Shown piece after piece: positions 34,421 to 45,003 of a stretch of 64,000 nt of DNA. Every line of letters starts with the position of its first letter. Within the stretch, counting starts at the first letter, position 1. This DNA is from Vitrella brassicaformis CCMP3155. Taxonomy: Eukaryota; Protista; Chromerida. Where the stretch lies: NCBI GenBank assembly GCA_001179505.1, contig CDMY01000466.1:1-64000 (forward strand), in the 5' to 3' direction. A program made the translations under genes and the position numbers. Under the pieces are notes generated by a model that saw only the letters and a program-made list of their open reading frames with translations, searched no databases and had not been told where the DNA came from.

Positions 34421-36495
34421 TGTGTGCTGTGTGTCAGTTGCGTGCGCACGACCGGCTGCTGAAGCCGACTCGCGATCAGTTTCGTCAGAAGAAGGATCTG
34501 GTGGCCCTCTTCCAGCCGCTACTCGAGTCGCGAGTCGGCGGCACGCTCCACACCTTCGGCAGCTGCGAGAACGGCTTTTGGATCGCCGGCAGCGACGTCG
34601 ACTCGTGCCTGGTGCTGAAACACTGTGCCACTAAACAGGCCTGCCTCTCGAAGCTGAAACTGGTACCTACCAAGTGACACAGCGAGAGGGACAGAGGGGG
34701 AGAGAGGGGGGGGGGGGGGGGGGGGGNNNNNNNNNNNNNNNNNNNNNNNNNNNNNNNNNNNNNNNNNNNNNNNNNNNNNNNNNNNNNNNNNNNNNNNNNN
34801 NNNNNNNNNNNNNNNNNNNNNNNNNNNNNNNNNNNNNNNNNNNNNNNNNNNNNNNNNNNNNNNNNNNNNNNNNNNNNNNNNNNNNNNNNNNNNNNNNNNN
34901 NNNNNNNNNNNNNNNNNNNNNNNNNNNNNNNNNNNNNNNNNNNNNNNNNNNNNNNNNNNNNNNNNNNNNNNNNNNNNNNNNNNNNNNNNNNNNNNNNNNN
35001 NNNNNNNNNNNNNNNNNNNNNNNNNNGTGCGTCTGTGTATGTGTGTGTCGCTGTGTGTGGGTGCAGGTGCGTTCATTGCTGCAGCGTGCAGCGGTAGCTG
35101 AGCGTGTGGACGTCATCCCTGCGCAGGTGCCCATCGCCAAGGTGTACGACAGGCAGGACCGCAACACGTGTGACGTGTCCATCAACAACACCGCCGCACT
35201 CGAGAACTCGCAGCTCGTCGGCACACTCAGCAGAATAGACACGCGCATCCGGCCGCTGGGGCGATTCATCAAGTACTGGGCCACACGCAGGCAAATCAAC
35301 AACAGGTCAGCCGCCGGGCAGGGCGAGTGAATGAATGGGGCGATTGGTAGATGGATCGATGGATGGATGGATGGTATCTGTTGTGTGTAGGTCTCAGGGT
35401 ACACTGAGCACCTACACCCTGATGCTTCAGCTCTTCTACTTCCTGCAAATAAGGGACCCGCCCATTCTGCCGCTCTACAAGTAGACACACACTGGCACCA
35501 TCAGCACCCACCGATGAGTGCAGCACATCACATGCTATCTGCGCAGGCTGCTGGAGTTCCCCGAGGCCGCAGCTCGTGAGTCTGAGCAGAAGGACATGGA
35601 CGAGACAATCAAAGACCTAGATACAGGTGCGTGGGTGAGGTGGACGCCCCCAAGACGCCCCGGCACTCGGCCACGTCGCATTTGTGTGTGGTGTGACCGA
35701 TGTGTTCAGACGAGAGTTCTGACGACGACAGGCCGCGGGATGAAGAAGGTGAGCAGCGATGGATGCACTTTTTGGCTACAGACATGCATCGATGGCTGTG
35801 TGTGAGTGAAGCTATGGGAGTATTGTCTTGTCTTGTCTTGTGGTCGGTCAGATGCAGTGGCGGCCGACGACAGGGAGTTCGACCACATGTCAGGGGAGCT
35901 GCGGCCGCTGCCGTTCCACTCAGACGTCAGGTCAGCTGGCCAACCAGACAATCAGCCAGAAAGTGGCTTGTGACATTGAATGTGTGTGTGCAGGTACATA
36001 TCTGAGCATTTGTTTCGTGAGAATCGCCGCAACCGCGACTCACTGGGGAAACTCATTCACGAATTCTTCATGGTACGTCCGTCGTGTCATGCTCAAAGAA
36101 AAGACACCCCAAAGGAAAATTCTTCTCCTGTCGTTATTTGTCTGTCAGCTGTGGGGTGACGAGCAGTTTGCCGGCGGCGGCATGGGCCGCACCGTTCAGA
36201 TCTACGACGCTACCAACCACGTATGTGCCACGATGGCAGATGGCAAGCCCATCCACACGAGTGGGTGCACATCTATCACTCTGTGTCTGTCCACTCATGT
36301 GTGCAGTTGAACGACCAGGGTGTGTTGGTGATGAAGTGTCCCCTGACCAAGAAGAACGTCAACCCTTTCACCATAGAGGTCTGGCAAACCATCTTCCAGG
36401 AATTCAAAAGGGCCAGGAGACTCCTGCTCACCGTGAGGGCGACACACATATACGCCTACCCCCCGTCGATGGATGCATCTGTGTCTGCCTGTCTG

Positions 36496-36529
<34 letters not shown>

Positions 36530-37778
36530 AGGGTGCATCCCTCAGTGAGGTGTGTGAGGCAGCGGCCGACAACCCCATCAGCCAGCGCGATCGGTGCCGG
36601 AGGCAGGAGCGGCTCAAGGCACAAATACTCGCGAAGGAGCTCGGCCTGCTCAAAGGCACCGCGCCACCCACCCTATCCTTCCTCACCAACATGGCCTCTC
36701 CAACCCCTCCCACCACCCCTCCCACCCGGCAGCACACACCTGACGTCACCCAAAGCACTTTGACAGACGAGCCATCTGCTGCTCCCGAGCCCCCTGCTGT
36801 TGAGTTAGAGGAGGCGGCCTTGGTGATGGACAGCGGTCATGATGGCGACACCAGCAGCAGCAGCAGCAGCATCCGGGAGGATGCCTTAGCGGCAGGATTT
36901 GAGGAGGTGCCTCCCTGGCTGACCGAGGCGGCTGAGGCGATGGCCATATCGGCCAAGAAGGCCGCTAAACAGAAGAAAAAGGCGGCTCGGCAACTGGCGG
37001 CAAACAAGGCTGAGGCAGTGCAGGAGATCCCTCTTGACCCGGCAGAGGCGGCCCCCACAGGAGAGGGCAGCAGCGAGCCTGCTGAGGTCCATCCTTGGAT
37101 CACCGCCGAGTCGACATGGGATGAGGACGAGCCTACGGCCACATCCACAAAGGCCGCCAAGAAGAGCAAGAAGAAGCAGGGGTTGCGTCATGGGTCGAGG
37201 ACGGTCCTGCCTAATCTGGAGAGTGACATGGCTGATCTGGCTGACCTCAGGGCACAGAGGCGTGAGATCGACCAGCGGATCAGGGCCCTCCAGGAGGCCG
37301 TCAGGAATCCGGTCGAGAACCACACCAAGCTGCAGAGACAACGGCGGGGCAAGGGGGAGGGGAGCGGGGACAGCGCTGCCCCTCCAGGCCCTGTCGCTGC
37401 TGGTGGTGCTGGTGGTGACAAGTCCGGTGGCAAGGCCAAGAAGCGGAGAAAAGACGCACAATCGCAGACGTACGTGGCCTAGTGATACAGACACGCTCAG
37501 ATCGTGACGCATCACAGATATGTATGTGTTTGTGTGTTTGTATGTCTGTTTGCTGCAGTGACGTTGCCACCGAGGACGACGGCAGTGACGATATGTGGAT
37601 GTCGGTGGGGGCAAAGCCAAGAGATGATCAGCCGACGACGTCACCATCCCCGCCATCGGCCCCACTGCCGTCGGTGGGTGACGACGGCAATGAGGTGGTG
37701 GTGGTGGCAGCCAGGCTGAGGGGGGCTGGGGAGGGCATGAGTACAGGGGTCCAACACAGTGATGCGTGCGTGGGGTGA
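33929..37778 (+). CDS. Cid1/TUTase/GLD-2-family non-canonical terminal nucleotidyltransferase with a mitochondrial-type presequence
   Basis: Signature FGSCENGFWIAGSDVD and third Asp in CDVSINN. Also RPLGRFIKYWATRRQINNR|SQGTLSTYTLMLQLFYFLQ and the PAP-associated region NRDSLGKLIHEFF. The N-terminus MQRHRSLSVSAVSALSTRLTQPTTRP is R/S-rich and lacks acidic residues. It has a long charged C-terminal tail. An alternative in-frame ATG lies at 33740. Confidence 0.9.
34727..35026. other. Assembly gap (300 N) inside a TUTase intron, preceded by a poly-G run
   Basis: N run seen directly. The flanking exons (..SKLKL| and |VRSLLQR..) join in phase, so no exon needs to be missing. Confidence 0.95.
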
Positions 37779-38397
37779 GATGCTTGTGGTGGTGGTGCTG
37801 GTCGTGGTGGCGGTGGTGTGTTGCTGCCGTCCTCCGGATGGACGATACGATAGATCGCATTCGTGTTGCCATGGCAATAGGGCTGGCTGGCAAATTTATA
37901 TGGGAGCGTCCAGGCCGAGATATGAATCGATCGATGGACTCATCCATCAGACACGTGTGTTCCTCGGTTCTCTGGCAAGTACCGATATCGATGCAGCAAT
38001 GCATTGCAGGCACATAAGAGAGAGGTCCGACCTAGCAAAAATGGCTGTACATTACCCGCTCACTGCTCTGCTCTGCACACACTACCGCCCCTCACTCACT
38101 CACCCCCCTCACCCTCCCTCCTCCTATCGTCCCCCCCACCCCGTCGCGCGTCGCGCCGGCGTGGTGGGCGCCGACTCCACGCCGATGGCCGTGGGGACAG
38201 CCAGCCGTGCGGGCACGGGCACACTCGGCCGCCGGCCACTGGGGCTGATGGCACCTTGGGCAGTGAGCGAGCGGTCGAACACCGTGGGGGCGTGGTGCGC
38301 CGGGGCGGGGAACGCCACACACGGCATATCGTGACGCTGCATGACAGCAGGAAGGTGAGAAACCTGGAAGTGTTGACGGCCGTTGTTGCTTACGTCG

Positions 38398-39159
38398 TCA
38401 ACTTCGCGAATACAGCCCTTGGGAAGATGCGCTGACAAAACACCACATCCATACAGACAAGAAGGGAGAGCCGCCCAAGTGAATATCATGCCGTCGGGGA
38501 TACACATGCATGTGTTGCGCACCAGGGTCCACCGTGAGTAGGGGGTGGTCTGCCGCAGAATCGTCACTATCTTCGTCGCCTGCAGCGGTCCTCTGGTCGT
38601 GCATGAGGCCCTCCTTGCGCTCGTCATACTCGGGCGGCTCCTTGAACGACGAGAACAGCCGAGCCACCATCCACCAAACCACTGACATACACACAGAAGA
38701 CAGGTAACACCACACACACAGAAGGCGTCATTGTGGTCTGTGGTGCCATGGCTGGACTCACCGGCGAATACGATTTGCAGCAGGACGATACCCACAACAA
38801 TGAGCATGGCCCTGATGAATGAAAGGACAGCCAGATACATGTAGCCATCGCATCCATCCATCCATCCCATCCATCCATCCATCCATGCCATCGTCTGTCT
38901 GGGGCGCACGCACCATCCGAGTTTTCCGCCGGGCATCACCTCGCACTCCTTGCGGTGGAGGCAGTGGCCATTCTTGCAACACCTGTACACACATGGCATT
39001 GGCGTGGATGCACACCCTCTTTTCCATCCCCTGAGATGCGCTATGCACATACCCGGAGTGGCAATAGAAGTTCTTGCATTTATCGTCCAGCTGTGCCGCA
39101 CTGCAGCCGGATGCGATGCACAGCAGCACCACCAACGCAACCGCCCGTGCGCCGGTCAT
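38398..39159 (-). CDS. Small type I membrane protein with a cysteine-rich ectodomain
   Basis: Signal peptide MTGARAVALVVLLCIASGCSA. Spliced ectodomain CKNFYCHSGCCKNGHCLHRKEC, then TM WAMLIVVGIVLLQIVFAVVWWMV, then an acidic cytosolic tail. The 3' end is uncertain. Confidence 0.6.
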
Positions 39160-39210
39160 TTTTCCCTCCTTTTCTTCTTTGTTTACATGCAAGTTGTAAA
39201 CGCTCACGGG

Positions 39211-39776
39211 ATGAGGCTGTTTTTTGTCTTCGCGTTCACTGCAGCAGCCTCTGCACTGCGCAGCAGCACCCTTGACACTCATCGAAGTGATCCTTCCCCG
39301 TCTTTGGCCCTCTATGCAGCCACACGGTATCCTGGGCGGCCGGATGCGGTGTACACCAGATCCGCTGCCATCCTGGAGGGCATTCTCTCTCGCCTGCAGT
39401 CCCGCAGGTACCTCTCGTACGCCCAGACAGTGCAAGTGGCCCGTGAGTGCGTGAGGGACAACCCCTGCCTGCGCATCCTCGGCAACGCCCCTCATCGATA
39501 TGACAAGACGGCGCAGGCGAGGCGGCTGACGGACCCAGAGAAGCGAGAAGTGGCGGATCTGCTAAAGCAGATATTGAGTCGACTCATGCAGCACACGTAC
39601 ATGGAGGAGTTCGCGGCAGAGACTGATACACCAAAGTATGTGAGCCGTTTTGTTGCTGTGTTGGTTCGTCTGTGAATGGGTGTGTCATGTTGTGTCGCGC
39701 GTGTCTGTGCATTGTGCATTGCAGGCACACTGTCAAGCAGCTGCGGGAGGTGCTGTCTGTCATCATGGCGCCCTGA
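39211..39776 (+). CDS. Signal-peptide-bearing hypothetical protein (2 exons)
   Basis: Leader MRLFFVFAFTAAASA, then a helical body. The intron after TDTPK splices in phase to HTVKQLREVLSVIMAP*. Confidence 0.6.
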
Positions 39777-39975
39777 CTGATTAGATGGATGGACGGGGGG
39801 CAGGCCGCCTACGGGCAGGCGATTCTAGGTACTGTGTGTATCTGAACCGACGAGTGACTGACTGGAAATGTATAAAGAGGGACACATGAACGAATCGCAT
39901 AAATCCATGCGGCGTCTGCAACTGTACCGATGGACAGCTCACAAAGACAGACACACGTGGCATATAAATGTGGGC

Positions 39976-42093
39976 TCAGCTGCCCAGCTCGATCCTTCGC
40001 CTCTTCCTCGGCCCGCCGTCAGCAGCTTCAACGTGCCCGGCGTCGCCACACCCTAACTCGATGAATGCGCGCAGGATGCCGGGCTTGGCTTTCTTCAGCA
40101 GAGACTCTATCCTAGCCATCATAACATCCCTCTGGCCTTTCTTGATCAGCGGCCCGAACACCCTCATGAAGGGCGCCAGGTCTGCCACGTGGGCATCCAT
40201 CACGGCGGTGGACCTGGCGGCCGTGGACACCTCGCTGCTGGTGCACTCGGCCAGGTGCTGCTGGCGGTCCCAGCCGGCCATCCATGCCGTCAGCACACGT
40301 AGCGGTGACACGCCGTCTGCCGAAATGGTGGCCAGATAGATGGCCATGTGCTCAGCTACCTGCCGACACACACAGCCACACACGTGAAGACCGAACGGCG
40401 CCATGTGTTGTTTGCACGTCGCCCACCTGTCGTGTGATGGCGGCGCCGACGCCTTGTATGTCTGCCCACTGGCCCTCGCGGATCATCAGGCGCAGGCAGT
40501 GCAGCGCCAGGCACCTCATTGGATAGTGGCGGATGGTCACAGACGCCTCGACAGACGCTAAAGGGGTGTCCTTGTCCTCGAAGGCCTGGCGATGGCGACC
40601 CTCGAATGGGATGATGAGCGTGCTGGTGGTCGTGCTGCCGGGGGTGCCCATGACAAACTTCCGCACCCGCCCTGCCGGCTCTCCCAAACCTTGAAAAAAT
40701 TCATGCGCCTTCTTCATCTTGATGGGCTCCTTGTCGGTGTCGATGGAGACGTCCACATGGAGCGAATAGCAGAAGACCGTCCTGCACACGAGACAAATAA
40801 AAGCAGGAGCTCGACGACAATCTCAGTCATCTCACAGTCATCACTAACCGCTCATTGGTCGGCCCGCAGTAGTCAGCAGTGATCTTGAATGAGGAGACGT
40901 CGGCCAACTGCAACTGCATGTCCTCAGCGTCATCTTCTGATAAGTCCGAATCGGCGTCATCCACGCTTGGGATGCCGTGCAGGGCGACTGAGTATCGCCC
41001 GTCATCCGTCTGGTTGCCTTCGCTATCTCCAGGCGACGTGATCTCCACAACCTGCTCCTCAGACAGCCTGCGCAATACCAAGATACAGCAAAGCACCGAC
41101 CAATGCACCAATACGTTTCCTTGTCGCTCGCTCACTTGCTGCACTCGAAGACCTCTGCAGCCGCCTCAGGGAAGGTCCCCGATCGTGTCACGTCGGTGAT
41201 GAACTTCTTGAGGCTCGACAGCGAGATGTCACACGTGCCAGCCTCCAATGAGCGAAGGAGGCAGGTGAGCAGCGTCACCATGTACTTTGCCAGAGTCTTC
41301 CTCGTCCAGGCCGCCTGCACATGATCCGCCTCCTCCACAACGAAAGGTGCGACGGCCCTCCGAATCTCCTGATGCTCCCGCACCAGCATCCTGCGCAAGA
41401 GGACACATGATAGATTAGTGCCTCAGCTTGGCAGACTCCCGATGCGCCCCTCACCTGACGAAGGGGTGGCGAAAGGATGCAGTGAGGATGTCTCGACAGA
41501 GAGCTGCGTGATTGAGCCACTGCTTGCGAATCATCTGCGTGGGACGACAGACAGAAGGATATGAGCATATGACCCTGAAGGTCCAGCAGGTGCGCCAGGC
41601 CCACCGGTCTGGCGATGGTTTTGCTCATGCTTTGCTTGGCTAAGGGCTGGAGGAAGTCCAAGGCCACGAGACAGTCAACCAAGTTCTGACAAAAGAGGGA
41701 GAGAGAGAGAGAGAGAGGACTGAGTGAGGCGAGTGAGTAGCTCCCACAGTGCAGCGCCTTCCTGCTCACCTCGTGTGTGAGGCCCCTCTGGATGTCGTCT
41801 TTCTTCTGCAGCAGGACGGTGGCGATTGGTCGTGATATCTGAGTGAGCGTCACACTCCGCTCAGACGACTCCGCAAACTCGCCATCGAGCAACTGCAGAG
41901 AAAGCACACACACACACACGCACACACACACAAACAGATGAGATGTGCATCTGACAGATGGAATCGGGCGTTGTTCGATGCACACCGACCACTTTGAAGA
42001 ACGAGTATGACACACAGGCTCTGACACTACAAGCGGGTCGCCGCCATCCCCAAACTGCACCTCCACGGTCGGTGCTTCTGATGCGACGTCCAT
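39976..42093 (-). pseudogene. BTB/POZ-domain family gene, copy A, with an exon-1 frameshift
   Basis: BTB motif LLDGEFAESSERSVTLTQIS and a C-terminal NLS-like RKRRRIE. Exon 1 reads GTG TGT CA TAC TCG TTC TTC AAA, whereas paralog B reads GTC TGT CGC CAG TAC ACC TTC TTC AAA. This is a 4-nt deficit that puts YSFFK out of frame with the ATG at 42093. Confidence 0.6.
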
Positions 42094-42362
42094 CTCTGCC
42101 CTCTTTTTGGTGCCTTGCTTTCAAGTTGGCGCTTTTTCCTCGCTCGCAACGGCAGGTCAACCCGTTGGGGCCGAATCAATTCAGGGCTTGCAGCACGCGC
42201 TCTAGCATACTGCAAACGATGAGGCAAACAAGCAGGCTGCGGCTGTCCAGAATTCATTTCAAGAACGCAGTCGGCCCGTACAAGCATCGCACCCATGCAC
42301 ACCACACACCAATCCCCGTTGCCTATCCACACATCCACACCCACTCATCCCCTCTAATCTGC

Positions 42363-44666
42363 TCACTGCGCCTCAATCCTGCGCCTCTTCCTCGGCCGGC
42401 CAGACACAGCTGACGGCTCACTGCCGTCATCGTCGTCGACAACGGAGAACAGCACACTAGACAGCACATCTAGGCAGTTGAACGCCACCTGCCCCACCGG
42501 GAGGAGCACATCCATCCTGTCCTCCACCAGACAGGCGAACACCCTCATGAACGGCACGATGTGCCGCTTGTGGGCCTCCAGCACGGGCCTGGCCATCGCG
42601 GCCTCGATGACCCGCCCTTTGTCCCACTCGTCCATGTGGCGCTGGCGGTCCCAGCCGCTCATCCATGCCGTGAGCACACGGAGCGGCGACACGCCGTCTG
42701 CCGTCATGTTGGCCAAATAGATGGCCATGTGCTCAGCTACCTGCAGCCAGCCACGTGACACACATGAAACGAGAATGGTCGATGTGACACCACTCTTTAT
42801 CTCTTTTTCGTTCTTGCTCATTCGTTTGCGCACCTCTCGTGTGATGGAGCTGCCAACGACCTGTATGTCTGCCCAGTGGCCCTCGCAGATCATCATGCGC
42901 AGACAGTGCAGCACCAGGCACCGCATCGGATGGCTGCGGATGATTATATGGTTCTTGGCCTGCTGCAGCTTCTTGCCCCACTCGCCGAATGCCTCTTTGT
43001 CCTCATGGTTGTCCCACGACTCAACGTGGGTCATGGAGCAGCGCAGGAGGCCCATGCTGAAGATGGGCATTCCAGCGCCGGTGTGCGGGTCCACGTGGGT
43101 GAAAGCGAAGCCTTCGCTTGCCACGATGCACGTGTCTTCCTCGAGCCCCTCCTCATCGTCCCCACACGTGCCCACTTCCACCTGGTGGACCGAGTAGCAG
43201 AAGACGCTCCTGCATGCATGGTCATCAATCAAACGACACACAATCCGACATTGGTGTGTATCCCACAGTGGCCACAGACCTCTCGTGCATCGCGGGATGT
43301 CGCCGGATGGCCACCTCGATGCGGCGGGTGTCCTTCAAGAGCACATCCTCACTGCTCTTCGTCTCCTCAGCGGGAGGCTCGACATTCATGTAGTGTCCCG
43401 TTATGCTGTCGTCCTCCTCTGTGAGGCCGCGTATCCAGGCTGAGAATCCGTCGCTCCTGGCTGGCGTCACGCTGCCGGGCTTGTCAGCCTCGATGCGGAT
43501 CTCCTCAGCCAACCTGCAGGCAGCCACATGCAGTAGACGGCCATGGCTAGAAACTGACGCATCATCGATTCAGTTGCCACCTACCGCTCACACTCGAAGA
43601 CCTCTGCGGCCGCCTCTGCAAAAGTACTGGAGTTGGTGACCTGCCGGACATACAAACACACACACCACACACACACACATGGCAATTCAATGGCACGGCC
43701 ATCCACAAGACATATACACAGACCCACCCACCTTCATCGTAAATCGTTTAATGGTCGACAGTGACGGACGATGGTTGCCCGATTCGATGCCCGCTAACAG
43801 GCGGCTGAGCAGGGAGACCACATACCTGCTGATGGTGTCAGGCCAGCTGCTGCTAGACCTCTCCCATCGGGCGCGGACGCGCTGGGCGTGCTCAAGCACG
43901 AATGGGCCACATGCCGTCAAAACGTCCCTGTAGTTCCGAACCAGCTCCCTGCACAGGCAGCCAAATATGGCGTTGCGTTTGATGTGAGCCTCGGGCATGG
44001 TGGTGGGTATTTGAAGGCTGACCTTACGAAGAGATTCTCAAAGGACAAGTTGAGAAGGCCGCGGCACAAACCACTACGGTCCAGCAGATGGTTGCGGGCG
44101 ATCTGGGTAGAAGCACAACAGACAAACCCGTAACACACGCATACATTCCATCTTCGTTGTGCACAGCTGCCGTACCGATCTGTTCATGGCCTCCCTCACA
44201 GCCTTCCCGTCAACAGGCTGGAGGAAATCGAGCCCAACCAAACAGAGCATCAGATTCTGCAGCAAGAAGGGAAAGAATTCTCATGATGAGCAGTGCGCAT
44301 GGAAAATGAATGCACTCACCTCACGAGTCAGCCCCTTCGCCATGTCATCTTTGTTCTGCAGCAGGACCTTCGCGATTGGCCGTGATATCTCCGTGAGCGT
44401 CACACTCCGCTCAGACGACTCCTGGAACTTGCCATCGAGCAACTGCAGAAGATACACGCCACACAAACACAGATGGGATGCATCTGACAGATGGAATGCT
44501 GTGTTTTTTGCTGCGCACTGACCCCTTTGAAGAAGGTGTACTGGCGACAGACCTCCTCCGACACCAACAGTGCCTCATCGCCGTTATCAAACTCGACGGC
44601 AACGCATCTTTTTAGCCTACTCAAGGGTCTACCAAATGTACTAAAGATGCTTCCTCTACCCGCCAT
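42363..44666 (-). CDS. BTB/POZ-domain family protein, copy B
   Basis: VAVEFDNGDEALLVSEEVCRQYTFFKG|LLDGKFQESSERSVTLTEISRPIAKVLL. Family-conserved MRCLVLHCLRMMI and VAEHMAIYLANMTADGVSPLRVLTAWM. Ends RPRKRRRIEAQ*. Confidence 0.75.
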
Positions 44667-45003
44667 GGCGCCAGGGAGCCAGGGGCAGAGGAATCTGTCG
44701 CTTGAGCTCGCGATTTCCTGGCCACTGGCCTTTTTCTGGCCGCGTACAAAAAATGTCTGAACGACGGAAGTCCCCTCCCCCTCCTCCGCCGGGCAAGAGG
44801 CACCCCAAACCACCACCACCGAAGAAGACAGCCAAGGCCAGGTTCGTCGCGGAGACGGCTGGTGCTCAACTGAGAACCCTCGAGGCTGCTGCTGCCCCTC
44901 AACCAGCGAAGCATGCTCAGCGGCCTCAGCCTCCAGCACGGAGGGTACAAAGGTAGTCAAAACGCACCATCGCGCCTTGCAGAGCAATTGCTTTTTCTGA
45001 TGA

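Noticed and set aside
34700-34726. Long poly-G run as a functional G-quadruplex
   Set aside because: It directly abuts the N gap, so its length and content are unreliable and likely reflect sequencing dropout.
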